The notes: generated from the letters alone by a model not told the origin. A DNA stretch of 64,000 nucleotides from Armatimonadota bacterium (GCA_026003195.1 BPGU01000004.1:70317-134316), one strand, 5' to 3'. Counted from the first letter of the stretch, positions 18,432 through 28,813 are shown. Numbers and translations are program-made.

Positions 18432-19523
18432 TCAGAACTGATAAGAGTAGTAGACAGCGATACCTTGCTGGCGTGCGTATTCTTCCACATCCCGCTCGGA
18501 TATCATGTGGGTTACCAGTATCGGGAATGGATTGGGATATGCGCCCTGTAGCCGCTGCAGTTTGCGACGCACAAAGGCATCGACGTCGTTCTTCGAGAGC
18601 TGCGCTTTGCTTTCACCTACGATGGTGATGATATCGCCGTTGCGACGCGCCTGCCCAAAGATATTGACCTCGATGTACTCACCGGTATTGTCCGCCACGA
18701 ACTGCCTCTTCAGGTCGCCCTCTATCTCTATGCCGAAGTCCCGTGCGAGCAGGCGTGGCAAAGCTTTGTACGCCTCGTTCTCAATCGTGTACCCCACGGT
18801 GATAGAGAGGCCGCCAACCTGCTTGCGCAGGTCATCTAACCCCTGTGTGAGGCGGCGGATGTCTTCCTGAGTTTGCTGTTGCACCTGGATCAGCTGTTGC
18901 ATCATCCTCTGCAGGTTGCCAATCTCCTGCGAGTGCTGTTGTGTCACCTGCACCAGCTCCGCCGTTTGCTGCCTTAGTTCAGCAATTTCGCGGGAGTGCT
19001 GTTCGGTGACCTGAAGCAGCCTGTTCACCGCCTCCCGCAACTCGGCGATGGCTTCGGTGTTGCGCTGGGTCGCCTCCCGCAACTCGGCGATGGCTTCGGT
19101 GTTGCGCTGGGTCGCCTCCCGCAACTCGGCGATGGCTTGGGTGTTCTCGCGCACCATCTGCCTCAGTTCGGCAATCTCGCGAGAGTGCTGCTCGGTAATC
19201 TCAAACAGCCTGTTCACCGCCTCCCGCAACTCGGCGATGGCTTGGGTGTTCTCGCGCACCATCTGCCTCAGTTCGGCAATCTCGCGAGAGTGCTGCTCGG
19301 TGACCTGAAGCAGGTTCGCGAGGACGCTTTCGATGCGGGCAAAACGCTCTTCTACCTCCCGCCGCAGCGCGGTGGTTTCCTCATACAGCGTGCGGAACCA
19401 CTTTTCGCTCATCGATTCCTGGAGCTCTGTAAACGCGCTACCCAGCACCTCCGCGATGCCTTCTGCAGCGGCGGGATCCATTTTGTCCTTTAGCTTTTCG
19501 TAGATGGTCAACGTGTCTATCAT
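18432..19523 (-). CDS. Coiled-coil repeat protein with C-terminal PD-(D/E)xK-like (restriction-endonuclease-fold) domain
   Basis: Start placed at MIDTLTIYEKLKDK, with RBS GAGGGAG. Central heptad-rich region built from 14-aa and 34-aa repeats (EAIAELREATQRNT; VTEQHSREIAELRQMVRENTQAIAELREAVNRLL). C-terminus reads GEYIEVNIFGQARRNGDIITIVGESK (D...ExK). Confidence 0.6.
   Translation of the reverse strand: MIDTLTIYEKLKDKMDPAAAEGIAEVLGSAFTELQESMSEKWFRTLYEETTALRREVEERFARIESVLANLLQVTEQHSREIAELRQMVRENTQAIAELREAVNRLFEITEQHSREIAELRQMVRENTQAIAELREATQRNTEAIAELREATQRNTEAIAELREAVNRLLQVTEQHSREIAELRQQTAELVQVTQQHSQEIGNLQRMMQQLIQVQQQTQEDIRRLTQGLDDLRKQVGGLSITVGYTIENEAYKALPRLLARDFGIEIEGDLKRQFVADNTGEYIEVNIFGQARRNGDIITIVGESKAQLSKNDVDAFVRRKLQRLQGAYPNPFPILVTHMISERDVEEYARQQGIAVYYSYQF
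18940..19320. repeat. Intragenic perfect tandem DNA repeats (2 x 42 nt, 2 x 102 nt plus diverged flanking copies)
   Basis: CGCCTCCCGCAACTCGGCGATGGCTTCGGTGTTGCGCTGGGT occurs twice in tandem. A 102-nt unit (CCTGTTCACCGCCTCCCGCAACTCGGCGATGGCTTGGGTGTTCTCGCGCACCATCTGCCTCAGTTCGGCAATCTCGCGAGAGTGCTGCTCGGT...) occurs twice with about 3 mismatches. All are in frame with the minus-strand CDS. Confidence 0.8.
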
Positions 19524-19581
19524 GGACGCTCCCTCACGTACCGTTCCACTCGAATTATACCACCACGGGGCAAAATCTGTC

Positions 19582-20649
19582 TCAACGCAGCTTTTTGCCC
19601 GTGACCACCTCGTAAGCGGCGAGCACATTGTCCACCGGCGTGTTGGGCTGGATGCAGTGCGAAGGAGCGAAGATATAGCCTCCGTCCTTCCCAATGACCT
19701 CCACACGATGCTTTGCCTCGGCGATGCAGTCCTCTATTGTGCCGAAGGGAAGTGTTCTCTGGGTGCTGATGAGCCCGCACAGGGTGAGCTTATCGCCGAC
19801 CTCGCGTTTGATCTCTTCGGGGTTCATGCCCACCGGCTCAGGCTGCATGGCGTCCAGGATGTCCAGCCCCATCTCCACGAAGCGCGGCTGCAGTTTGCGT
19901 GTGCTCCCGCAGCTGTGCATCATCACCTTGCAACCGTACTGATGCCCCAGGTCGTAGAACTTTTGCAAGCGCGGGCGGAAGAAGCGGTCAAAAACCTCTG
20001 GAGAAACCATTGGACCAAGCTGATTGCCCAGGTCCTCCCCCACACAGAGCACATCTATCAGACCGTCTGCCTCCTCCAGTCCGCGCTTCACGAACTCATA
20101 ATAGAACTCCACGCGATGGTCAATGATGGCAACCCCCACTTCGTCTTCGGTGAGGATATCTATCAGCACCTGCTCCATGCCTCTGCCCCGGCTGACGCCG
20201 TTAATGATGTCGGGAATACCTGCCCCACCAAAGCACACGACGTAATCTCCCACCGCTTTGCAGGCTTCCTTGAGATGCAAGAAGTCGTAGTCGTCCACCG
20301 AGGGCCAGGGGTAGTCCTCCACCTCTTTCAACGTGCGCATATGGGCAAACGGAAGTTCGTACGCCTCCAGGTACTCGCCGAAACCGTATGACTGCCGAAT
20401 GTAGCCGATCCCCCACTCGTCGTAGTACGCCACCGGGCTACCCGGCTCTGGTTGGCGTAGTGGTTTCTTGCGCGGCACACCCACTGTGCGAAAGTCCACC
20501 TCCAGAACCTCCAGCAGGTTCTGACCCGGAAACCGCTCCTGCAGCTTCGCCTCGAATTCAGGGGTGGTGTAAAACTGGATAGGCGGTCTATCCGGCTGCT
20601 TGTGAGCTACGCACAGAGCAAATCGCTCCTTGGGACTCATCCACGACAT
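19582..20649 (-). CDS. Uroporphyrinogen decarboxylase (URO-D) family protein
   Basis: 355 aa. URO-D / MtaA-like (beta/alpha)8 pattern. Confidence 0.7.
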   Translation of the reverse strand: MSWMSPKERFALCVAHKQPDRPPIQFYTTPEFEAKLQERFPGQNLLEVLEVDFRTVGVPRKKPLRQPEPGSPVAYYDEWGIGYIRQSYGFGEYLEAYELPFAHMRTLKEVEDYPWPSVDDYDFLHLKEACKAVGDYVVCFGGAGIPDIINGVSRGRGMEQVLIDILTEDEVGVAIIDHRVEFYYEFVKRGLEEADGLIDVLCVGEDLGNQLGPMVSPEVFDRFFRPRLQKFYDLGHQYGCKVMMHSCGSTRKLQPRFVEMGLDILDAMQPEPVGMNPEEIKREVGDKLTLCGLISTQRTLPFGTIEDCIAEAKHRVEVIGKDGGYIFAPSHCIQPNTPVDNVLAAYEVVTGKKLR

Positions 20650-20733
20650 GGTCGTATACCTCCTCGCTCAGTAGCATTCGCGTCGAGAAGGAGGGTTGCC
20701 TGCTCCGCATTCTCTGTCGGTCGGGGGGGTGCG

Positions 20734-21759
20734 CTACCCGGCTACTTTGGCGAACGCCTCAATGGCGCGAGTGATGTCCTCGTCGTCCACGTCCTTGTGG
20801 GTGACTAAACGGATGGTATCTGGAAACACGTCCAGACACAGCACGCCCAGCATCTCCAGTTGCTGTACCACACGCCTCGCCGGCTGCGCCGTCTGTACGT
20901 ATACCATGTTCGTTTGCACGGTTTCCAGATCCACCGAGAAGCCTCGCAGGTGGGCTATCGCCTCCGCGAGCCTGCGGGCACGGGCGTGGTCTTGTGCAAG
21001 GCGGTCTATCATCGTGTCCAGTGCCACCAGCCCTGCTGCGGCGAGGATACCTGCCTGGCGCATCGCTCCACCCAGTATCTTGCGCACTCGCCGTGCCTCT
21101 TCGATAAAAGCACGAGAACCACACAACACCGACCCCACCGGGCACGCGAGTCCCTTCGACAGGCAGAACATCACCGAATCGGCGCACGCTGCCAGTTCTC
21201 TCGCGGGAACGCCCAGCGCGATGGAGGCGTTGAAGAGACGCGCCCCGTCCAGATGCACTGCTATCCCGTGTTGCTGAGCAAGTCCCCATATTTCGCGCAT
21301 ATACTGCAGGGGGAGTACCACGCCACCTGCCGCGTTGTGGGTGTTCTCCAGACAAATCAGGCGGGTAGGCGGCACGTGGTCATCGCCGGGGTGGATGCGT
21401 CTGGAATATTCCTCCACCGGCACAATACCTCGCTGATTGGGCAGGGTATGCAGTTGCACATTGCTGATGAACGCCGCTGCCCCCAGCTCCCACTTGACGA
21501 TGTGACAATCCTCGTCAATAAGCACTTCATCGCCGGGGCGCGTGTGCACCTTGATGGCGATCTCGTTGCCCATCGTGCCAGACGGTACGAACAGCGCCGC
21601 TTCCTTGCCTAGCAGCTCTGCTGCCCGTTCCTGCAAGCGATTGATGGTGGGGTCTTCTCCATATACGTCATCACCAACCTCGGCGTTCGCCATGGCGCGA
21701 CGCATCTCGGGCGTGGGCACCGTGACGGTATCGCTCCGCAGGTCTACCAGACGATGCAT
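20734..21759 (-). CDS. ltaE: Low-specificity L-threonine aldolase
   Basis: Beta-eliminating-lyase family: [37 protein letters not shown]-lysine region. Start trimmed to [12 protein letters not shown] with a GGAGG RBS. Confidence 0.85.
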   Translation of the reverse strand: MHRLVDLRSDTVTVPTPEMRRAMANAEVGDDVYGEDPTINRLQERAAELLGKEAALFVPSGTMGNEIAIKVHTRPGDEVLIDEDCHIVKWELGAAAFISNVQLHTLPNQRGIVPVEEYSRRIHPGDDHVPPTRLICLENTHNAAGGVVLPLQYMREIWGLAQQHGIAVHLDGARLFNASIALGVPARELAACADSVMFCLSKGLACPVGSVLCGSRAFIEEARRVRKILGGAMRQAGILAAAGLVALDTMIDRLAQDHARARRLAEAIAHLRGFSVDLETVQTNMVYVQTAQPARRVVQQLEMLGVLCLDVFPDTIRLVTHKDVDDEDITRAIEAFAKVAG

Positions 21760-21839
21760 GAGAACCTCCAGCACGCAGAGAATATCCATCTACAGCATAC
21801 ACGCCACGGTGCTGAAAATCAACCCTGAGGAGGGAACTC

Positions 21840-22874
21840 GTGCATAATCTGGATACATTCCTTGAACCCATCCGTGCCGAGGCGAAAGTGCCTGCGCTGG
21901 CGGCAGCGGTGATACAAAAGAACAAACTGGTCGCGCTAGGTGCGGTGGGTAAACGCCGGGCAGACAGAGATGACCCCATACGGCACGATGACCGTTTTCA
22001 TATTGGCTCCTGTACCAAATCCATGACCGCTACGATGATTGCCCGACTGGTAGAGATGGGCAAATTGGATTGGGGAAGCATGGTCGCAGAAGTACTGCCT
22101 GCCCTTCGCAAAAGGGTCCGTCGCGAATACTGGAGGGTCACTCTAGAGCAACTGCTTACGCACCGTTCCGGTCTACCCGAAGACCGCACTCCTCACCCCC
22201 AGGTATTCCCCAAGCTGTGGAGCCTCTCCCCGAAACAACGTTCGCAGGCGGCGGAGATTATCCTGCAGCAAGAACCTGTAGCCAGGCCGGGTGAGAGAAC
22301 CATCTACTCCAACGGCGGCTACGTGGTGGCAGGCGCCATGGCGGAGGCGGTGACAGGCAAGACGTGGGAGGAATTGATGGACGAGCATCTGTTTCGCCCG
22401 CTGGGGATAAAAAGCGCCGGGTTCGGCGCGCCTGCCACCGGAGCATGGGGACATCGCTCTGGTGTAGATGGATACCTTCCTGTGCCGCCCTCGCCCTTTG
22501 CAGATAACCCGCCTGTGCTCGGTCCCGCAGGGACTGTGCACCTGTCACTATCGGACTGGGCGCGCTACGCCATCATCCATTTGCGGGGATCGGTCGGAGA
22601 GCACCCTCCCCTCCTTCGTAAAGACACCTTTGCCACACTACACACTCCTCCCCACAACAGCACGTACGCCATGGGCTGGGGCATCGTACAACCAACCTGG
22701 GCACGCGGACGGGTACTGCAGCACGCGGGAAGCAACACCATGTGGTTTGCCCTTATCCTGCTGGTGCCGGATGCGCAAGCGGGCTTGCTGATAGCGACCA
22801 ACGCCGCCGATGAAAAGGCAATGGATGCGGCGCGCCGTGCAGCGGATACCCTCCGCGCGCAGTATATCCGGTAG
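21840..22874 (+). CDS. Serine hydrolase, beta-lactamase/transpeptidase-like family
   Basis: SxxK active-site motif ([12 protein letters not shown]), YSN-like and HxG-like downstream motifs. 344 aa. Confidence 0.8.
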   Translation: MHNLDTFLEPIRAEAKVPALAAAVIQKNKLVALGAVGKRRADRDDPIRHDDRFHIGSCTKSMTATMIARLVEMGKLDWGSMVAEVLPALRKRVRREYWRVTLEQLLTHRSGLPEDRTPHPQVFPKLWSLSPKQRSQAAEIILQQEPVARPGERTIYSNGGYVVAGAMAEAVTGKTWEELMDEHLFRPLGIKSAGFGAPATGAWGHRSGVDGYLPVPPSPFADNPPVLGPAGTVHLSLSDWARYAIIHLRGSVGEHPPLLRKDTFATLHTPPHNSTYAMGWGIVQPTWARGRVLQHAGSNTMWFALILLVPDAQAGLLIATNAADEKAMDAARRAADTLRAQYIR

Positions 22875-22932
22875 GGAAAACCGGGTGGCGTAGCGAAACC
22901 AATGGTTAAGCAACCTGCAGGAGGTTAAGCAG

Positions 22933-23685
22933 ATGGGCAAGTTCGGGATCGCTTTACAGACCTATACGGTGCGCGACGATATGGCGCGCGATTTCCAGGG
23001 GACGCTGCAAAAGGTTGCCGAGATGGGCTACCCGGCGGTACAGCTTTCCGGCACGGGCGGAATGAGTGTGCAGGAAGCAAGGCAGTTTCTGGATAGCCTC
23101 GGCTTGAAAGTGTTCGGCGGACACTTCGGCATTGAACAGCTGGAAAAGGACCTGGATAGTGTGCTGGAGCTGGCACGAGGACTGGGCATGGAGTATATCG
23201 TGGTGCCCTGGATGCCCGAGGAGCTGCGCAGGGATGCAGAAGGCTGGAAGAACGTCGCCAAACGCATGAACGCTATCGGGGAGAAGGTCGTTGCGGCGGG
23301 GTTTACCTTCTGCTACCACAACCACTCGTTCGAGTTCCAGAAGTTCGACGGCAAATACGGTCTGGACATCTTCTACGAGAACACTGACCCCAAACTGGTG
23401 CAGGCGGAGCTGGATACTTACTGGGTCAAACACGGTGGCGAGGACCCCGCGGAGTACATCCGCAAGTATGCGGGACGGGTACCCTTGCTGCACCTGAAGG
23501 ATATGGCAGAAGACGGCAGCTTCGCCGAGGTGGGACACGGCATTCTGGACTGGGACGCCATCTTCCAGGCGGCGGAAGAAAGCGGCGTGAAGTGGATGGC
23601 GGTAGAGCAAGACGTATGCAAGCGTCCGCCGCTGGAGAGCGCGAAGCTCAGTCTGGAGTTCCTGAAGTCTAAGGGCTTGCTGTAA
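22933..23685 (+). CDS. Sugar phosphate isomerase/epimerase (xylose-isomerase-like TIM barrel)
   Basis: 250 aa. AP_endonuc_2-type TIM-barrel pattern. Confidence 0.75.
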   Translation: MGKFGIALQTYTVRDDMARDFQGTLQKVAEMGYPAVQLSGTGGMSVQEARQFLDSLGLKVFGGHFGIEQLEKDLDSVLELARGLGMEYIVVPWMPEELRRDAEGWKNVAKRMNAIGEKVVAAGFTFCYHNHSFEFQKFDGKYGLDIFYENTDPKLVQAELDTYWVKHGGEDPAEYIRKYAGRVPLLHLKDMAEDGSFAEVGHGILDWDAIFQAAEESGVKWMAVEQDVCKRPPLESAKLSLEFLKSKGLL

Positions 23686-23701
23686 CGTTGCAGGGGAATC
23701 C

Positions 23702-23737
23702 GGGAGGCACGGTCCCTACCATGCCTCCCTTTCTGCC
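23702..23737 (+). terminator. Rho-independent terminator
   Basis: GGGAGGCA-cggtccctacc-ATGCCTCCC: 8-bp GC-rich stem followed by TTTCTG. Confidence 0.55.
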
Positions 23738-23912
23738 ATTGCGAGGGGGATTTATCCCTGAAGCAGTTCCTTTCGAGGAAGTGGAGGATGTCTTCGCGGC
23801 TCGCGACGATACGTGAGCCAAGGTTCCCCCGAGGCTATAGCCCTGGTTTCCCGGTGTGGTTTCAGAGCTGTGACTGTAACTTGCAAACCAAATCCATGAT
23901 GGGTACACGTGC

Positions 23913-25898
23913 ATGGCAACAACTATCTGGCAAAGAATACGTGCAGAAGCAGAAACGCAGGAACAAGCGGTTGCCGTACAGCGTGGCGTGACTCTCCGTG
24001 CTGTAGTGGTCGGTGTCATTCTTGCACCGCTGATTGCGTGGTTCAACATCTCTATCGAAGCCATTCGCTATGCGGGGCAGCCGACCACTATCTCGTTGTT
24101 TCCTCACATCCTGTTCGTGCTTTTGTGCTTGATTGCGGTGAACGCGGTAGTCGGGCGCATCGTACCCCGGTGGCGTTTCTCCCCCGCAGAGTTGATGACC
24201 ATCTACTTCTTTACTCTGATGACGGCGGTGATGGCGTCGCATGACCTGATTGAGGTCATCACGCCTATTCTGACCTATCCCTTCAAGTACGCCAACCCTG
24301 CCAACCGCTGGGACAGCGATGTCATACCCTATCTGCCCAAATGGCTGTTTATCAGTGACCCCGATGCGGTGGACAAGTACTATATCGGCAACGCCAACTT
24401 CTGGAACGGACGTGACCTGCGCATCTGGACACCACCCCTGCTCATCTGGACGGGCTTCTTTACGGTGCTGGCGTTCGGCATGTTCTGCTTGAATGTGCTG
24501 CTACGCAAGCAGTGGACCGACCGTGAACGCCTCTCTTACCCCCTGGTGCAGCTGCCGCTGGAGCTGGTACAGCCGCGCGTGCCTGTGTTCCAGAATCGGC
24601 TGTTCTGGATTGCGTTCGCCATCGCTGCGATAAACGACATCTGGTTCGGCTTAAATCGGTTGTTTCCCACCATCCCGCAGCCCTACGTGCGCTGGCAGAC
24701 GCTGGAGCAGTATATCACCACGCCGCCGTGGAACGCGATTGGCTGGCTACCGCTGGCGTTCTTTCCCTGGATTGTGGGCATCGGGGTGCTGCTGCCTACC
24801 GACTTGCTCTTCTCGTGCTGGTTCTTCTTCTGGATGTGGAAGCTGCAACCCATCATCGCCGCCTACTACGGCTGGAACCAGATACCCGGCTTTCCCTACG
24901 TGAATGAGCAATCGTTCGGTGCGTATATGGGCATTGCACTCTTCACACTTTACACCGCAAGGAAGGCACTGGCGCAGGGGTTCTCGGCGATATGGAGAGG
25001 CTCGGATGGCAGCGACAAAGGTGAGGCATTACCCTACCGCTGGGCGGCGCTGGGCTTCTTAGCGAGCCTGGCAGCGATTTACCTTTTCTTCCTTTCTACC
25101 GGTATGAGCGGCTGGGTGATCGCGCTGTCTCTACTGATCTATCTGGCGATCTCTTTAGCGGTGACCCGTATGCGCGCGGAACTGGGCCCTCCCGCCCATG
25201 ACCTGCACGACTCGGGTCCGCAGAGGCTCATCCCCCTGCTGTTTGGCGTGGAGAACCTGAAGCGGCAGGACCTGGTGATGTTCGCACCGATTCAGGGCTT
25301 CAACCGCGCTTACCGTGCCCATCCCATGCCCACGCACATCGAAGGGTTGCGTGCAGCGGAGCGAACACGTTCCTCGATGCGGGCGATGTTCTGGGTGCTG
25401 GTGTTCGCAGTGTTCTGGGGAACGCTCACCGGCTTCTTTGTGAACGTGCACCTGCACTATCAGTGGGGCGCGGCATCGAAGGCGGACACCCCCTACGTCA
25501 GTACCATCTTCGGCAGGGAGCCGTACGACCGGATTACCTCCTTGCTGTCGGGATCGGTTTCCTCCCTACAGAAGCGTAACGTGATATGGGCGATGATGGT
25601 GGGCTTCGGCGTCACTGCGGTGCTGAGCATCTTCCGTATGAACATTGCCAACTTCCCCTTGCATCCGGTGGGCTACGCTATTTCCAGCAGCTGGAGCCTC
25701 AGCGTGTTATGGTTTTCCCTGCTGGTGGCGTGGGTGTGCAAGGTGACCATCATGAAGATAGGTGGGTTGCGCAGCTACCAGCGGGCGTTGCCGTTCTTCC
25801 TGGGGCTGGTGCTGGGCGAGTGCACGATAGGTAGCCTGTGGATGCTGGTGAGCATCTTCACCGGCACGAAAACATTTATTGTCTGGCCCTACGGATAA
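23913..25898 (+). CDS. Large polytopic integral membrane protein, function unknown
   Basis: 661 aa with at least 12 predicted TM helices. Immediately upstream of a Gfo/Idh/MocA oxidoreductase, with an 11–14 nt gap. Confidence 0.55.
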   Translation: MATTIWQRIRAEAETQEQAVAVQRGVTLRAVVVGVILAPLIAWFNISIEAIRYAGQPTTISLFPHILFVLLCLIAVNAVVGRIVPRWRFSPAELMTIYFFTLMTAVMASHDLIEVITPILTYPFKYANPANRWDSDVIPYLPKWLFISDPDAVDKYYIGNANFWNGRDLRIWTPPLLIWTGFFTVLAFGMFCLNVLLRKQWTDRERLSYPLVQLPLELVQPRVPVFQNRLFWIAFAIAAINDIWFGLNRLFPTIPQPYVRWQTLEQYITTPPWNAIGWLPLAFFPWIVGIGVLLPTDLLFSCWFFFWMWKLQPIIAAYYGWNQIPGFPYVNEQSFGAYMGIALFTLYTARKALAQGFSAIWRGSDGSDKGEALPYRWAALGFLASLAAIYLFFLSTGMSGWVIALSLLIYLAISLAVTRMRAELGPPAHDLHDSGPQRLIPLLFGVENLKRQDLVMFAPIQGFNRAYRAHPMPTHIEGLRAAERTRSSMRAMFWVLVFAVFWGTLTGFFVNVHLHYQWGAASKADTPYVSTIFGREPYDRITSLLSGSVSSLQKRNVIWAMMVGFGVTAVLSIFRMNIANFPLHPVGYAISSSWSLSVLWFSLLVAWVCKVTIMKIGGLRSYQRALPFFLGLVLGECTIGSLWMLVSIFTGTKTFIVWPYG

Positions 25899-25912
25899 GG
25901 AGGGTGTACGCT

Positions 25913-27160
25913 ATGTCTCGCGTGAGCGCAAACGACAAGATTCTCATCGGTTTCATCGGCACGGGCGGGCGAGGACAACATCTGATGCGCATTGCGCTGG
26001 GCAACCCCGATGTGCAAATCGCCGCCGTGTGCGACGTAATGGAACAGCGCCTGGCGCAGGCGGTACAAATCACGGGCGGCAAAGCCACGCCGTACAAGGA
26101 CTTCCGTCGTCTGCTGGAGCGTAAGGACCTGGACGCGGTGTTCGTTACCACGCCCGACCACTGGCATTGTATCATGACCATTGCGGCGTGTGAGGCGGGC
26201 AAAGATGTCTACGTGGAGAAGCCGCTGAGTCATAACGTTGCGGAGGGGCGTGCGGCGGTCAATGCCGCCAAACGGTTCCGACGCATTGTACAGCATGGCA
26301 CCCAACAACGGAGCGGGCAGCATTACGCCGAGGCGAGGGAACTGATACGCTCCGGTACGCTGGGCAAGATCACGCACGTGCGCATCTGGAATGTGTGGAA
26401 CGAGTCGCCTGAAGGTATCGGCAATCCTCCCGATACCGAGGCTCCTCCCGATATCGACTACGACCTGTGGCTGGGTCCCGCGCCCAAACGCCCGTTCAAC
26501 CCCAACCGGTGTTATGCACCCGGCTACTGGTTCCAGTGGGACTACTCTGGCGGGCACATGCTGGCGTGGGCGATACACCACATCGACACGGTGCACTGGG
26601 TGCTGGGCGTCACCGCGCCACGACTGGCGGTATCCGCAGGTGGAAAGTACGCGCTGAAGGATAACCGCACCACTCCTGATACACAGGATGCCCTGCTGGA
26701 CTACGGCGACTTCATCGTGCAGGCATCCATCTACCACGCCAGTGCCCGCCCTGTGGAGGGAAGCTGGTACGGCATCGCTTTCTACGGAACGAACGGCACC
26801 ATGCGTCTGCTGCGTGAGGGGTTTGAGATTTATCCCGAAGGCGACCGCACCCGCCCTGTGCAGCGCGGTGGTACCCCACAGGAAGAACCGCACGTGCGTA
26901 ACTTTCTGGACTGTGTGAAGAGCCGAAAGGAACCGGTGGCGCCCGTCGAATGGGGGCACTGGTCCACCAACGCCATGCATCTAGCAAATATTGCCCTTCG
27001 CACAAGACGGGCGGTACACTGGGATGCCAGGCAGGAAAAGGTCATCGGTGACGAGGAGGCAAACCGCTACCTGTGCCGCACCTATCGCAAGCCGTGGGGG
27101 CAATACGTGCTGCGCTATCTATCGCCAGCGCATCAGAAGTACTACAGGGAGACGACGTAG
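25913..27160 (+). CDS. Gfo/Idh/MocA family oxidoreductase
   Basis: Start at MSRVSANDKILIGFIGTGGRGQ with RBS TAAGGAGGG. Rossmann N-terminal domain plus GFO_IDH_MocA C-terminal domain. Confidence 0.85.
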   Translation: MSRVSANDKILIGFIGTGGRGQHLMRIALGNPDVQIAAVCDVMEQRLAQAVQITGGKATPYKDFRRLLERKDLDAVFVTTPDHWHCIMTIAACEAGKDVYVEKPLSHNVAEGRAAVNAAKRFRRIVQHGTQQRSGQHYAEARELIRSGTLGKITHVRIWNVWNESPEGIGNPPDTEAPPDIDYDLWLGPAPKRPFNPNRCYAPGYWFQWDYSGGHMLAWAIHHIDTVHWVLGVTAPRLAVSAGGKYALKDNRTTPDTQDALLDYGDFIVQASIYHASARPVEGSWYGIAFYGTNGTMRLLREGFEIYPEGDRTRPVQRGGTPQEEPHVRNFLDCVKSRKEPVAPVEWGHWSTNAMHLANIALRTRRAVHWDARQEKVIGDEEANRYLCRTYRKPWGQYVLRYLSPAHQKYYRETT

Positions 27161-27954
27161 AAACCCGCCGCCGCTCCCGCCAGCGTGCAAAGCAGGTTCA
27201 CCATGTCGTTGCTCATCCATCGCCAGCCGGCGACCTGTGTAGCGGCGAGATCGCAATGTTCCCTTCTCTCTACAACCTCGCCGCATCGTTCGCAACGATA
27301 CCTTGCCTGCAGGGTGGCGCCCAGCACGCTGTCCAGCAAATTGCCGACCATCCCACCCAGCGCAACGGCAAACATCTGCCAGAGAGGCACAGGATGTACC
27401 AGCCATGCCGTTGCCGCTACAACCACGCTACCTACACACCCCGCCAGCGTACCCCACAGAGTCACCCCACCCGAATCGCCTGCTCGCAGGGTACGACCTG
27501 TGAGGATATGACGCGGCGGGGCAGGAGAGAGTGCGCCGATTTCACTGCTCCACGTATCCGCATTGGCGGCAGCGTAAGCTCCGGCAAAAGCCAGCCACCA
27601 GTGTGCCTCACCAGTCAGAGCATACAGCGCCATGCACAGCGAGGCGACTCCACCGTTGGCAAGCACCTGTGCGGCATCGCGCCGCGCTCCCCGCGCGGTC
27701 AGGCTCTCCATACGACGCTTGCGCTCCGCACGCCAGCGGCTTAGCACACTGGAGGTGAGGAAAAAGGTAAGCAGCACGCTTGCCCCCTGCCAGCCACCAG
27801 CCGCCAGAGTCACCCATCCCACCGCCAGAGCGGCAATGGCTCCGGTGACGGATAGCCAGCGCAGACGGATAGCGGAGAGCACCACCGGCAAAACGAGCAC
27901 TGCAGAGAGAAAAGGGTCCACTACCCACACCGCTTCTCTACCGACGGATGCCAA
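27142..27954 (-). CDS. DUF92 (TMEM19-like) family membrane protein
   Basis: 270 aa, multi-TM, with a C-terminal CxxC-containing segment (CERCGEVVERREHC). Confidence 0.65.
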   Translation of the reverse strand: MASVGREAVWVVDPFLSAVLVLPVVLSAIRLRWLSVTGAIAALAVGWVTLAAGGWQGASVLLTFFLTSSVLSRWRAERKRRMESLTARGARRDAAQVLANGGVASLCMALYALTGEAHWWLAFAGAYAAANADTWSSEIGALSPAPPRHILTGRTLRAGDSGGVTLWGTLAGCVGSVVVAATAWLVHPVPLWQMFAVALGGMVGNLLDSVLGATLQARYRCERCGEVVERREHCDLAATQVAGWRWMSNDMVNLLCTLAGAAAGFYVVSL

Positions 27955-28723
27955 CGAGCGTCTTCAGGTATTTGGGGTCAGTGATGCGGTCTATTGCCAC
28001 GCGACCACGGCTGCTAGCAGCGTGGATAAAGTAGCCGTTGCCGATGTAGATTCCTGTGTGCGCAATGGGCTGTTTGCTGGAGCGGAAATACAGCCTGTCG
28101 CCCGGCTGCAGCATCGACAGGTCGGGGATCGGTGTGCCAACCTGTGCTTGATGTCTGCCCAGACGCGGTAACCGGATACCGTTGAGCGCGAACACCTTTT
28201 GCACGAAGCCCGAGCAGTCCAGCCCGTTGTAGGAGGTACCTCCCCAGCGGTAAGGGATGCCCAGAAAGCGCAGGGCGGTTTGCACGATGCGCTCACCCAG
28301 TACACCCGTTGCTGTGGGGTTAGCAGGTAGTACTTCGTAGTCCAGAAGACGCACATGCTGGCGCGGAATCCAGCCCACGCTGCCGTCCGCCATCAACACG
28401 CCGTACCACGCCCCGGCTTCATGGGTCACCGCGAGATACGTCAGGGTTTCACAGCGAGCATACAACCTGCTGCGTGTGCTCCGCATCGCGTAGATGGGAG
28501 CAGGGCTGACGGTCACGCCTAACCGCCCAATGGCTTGAGGGCGTTTGGATTCTGTTCTGCCGGGCGGAGGGCTACTGCGCGATGGTGTGGAGCGGGGTGG
28601 CTCCGGCGGGCGGATGGGCAGTTCGATGGAAAGGGTGGTATCGGCGCGAGCGCCCCCTGCTACCCATAGAACGAGCGTCGCCCCCAGAAAGGCAAGGTAC
28701 AACCAGCCTCTTCCCCACCCCAT
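27938..28723 (-). CDS. NlpC/P60 family (C40) cell-wall peptidase, secreted
   Basis: Catalytic Cys (LDCSGFVQKVF) and His (HTGIYIGNGYFIHA) motifs. N-terminal signal sequence, with the start trimmed to MGWGRGWLYLAFL. SH3-like region before the catalytic domain. Confidence 0.8.
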   Translation of the reverse strand: MGWGRGWLYLAFLGATLVLWVAGGARADTTLSIELPIRPPEPPRSTPSRSSPPPGRTESKRPQAIGRLGVTVSPAPIYAMRSTRSRLYARCETLTYLAVTHEAGAWYGVLMADGSVGWIPRQHVRLLDYEVLPANPTATGVLGERIVQTALRFLGIPYRWGGTSYNGLDCSGFVQKVFALNGIRLPRLGRHQAQVGTPIPDLSMLQPGDRLYFRSSKQPIAHTGIYIGNGYFIHAASSRGRVAIDRITDPKYLKTLVGIRR

Positions 28724-28813
28724 TTCCCTCAGGGAGGGGTTCGGAAGACAGGTATGATTCTTGAACCACACGACGGAGCGTGCCCCCCTCCGGAGATTGC
28801 ACCTGAAAGACTG

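Noticed and set aside
18940-19320. Possible CRISPR-like array (regular repeats)
   Set aside because: The repeats are 42 and 102 nt with no unique spacers, and they lie in frame within a coding sequence. No cas genes are nearby.
18996-19493. 165-aa plus-strand ORF with LPQLGDGFGVALGR repeats
   Set aside because: It is the antisense reading of the tandem-repeat region. The sense-strand product has a proper start, RBS and a folded C-terminal domain.
25889-26980. 363-aa minus-strand ORF
   Set aside because: Antisense to a Gfo/Idh/MocA oxidoreductase that has an intact Rossmann motif. Artefact.
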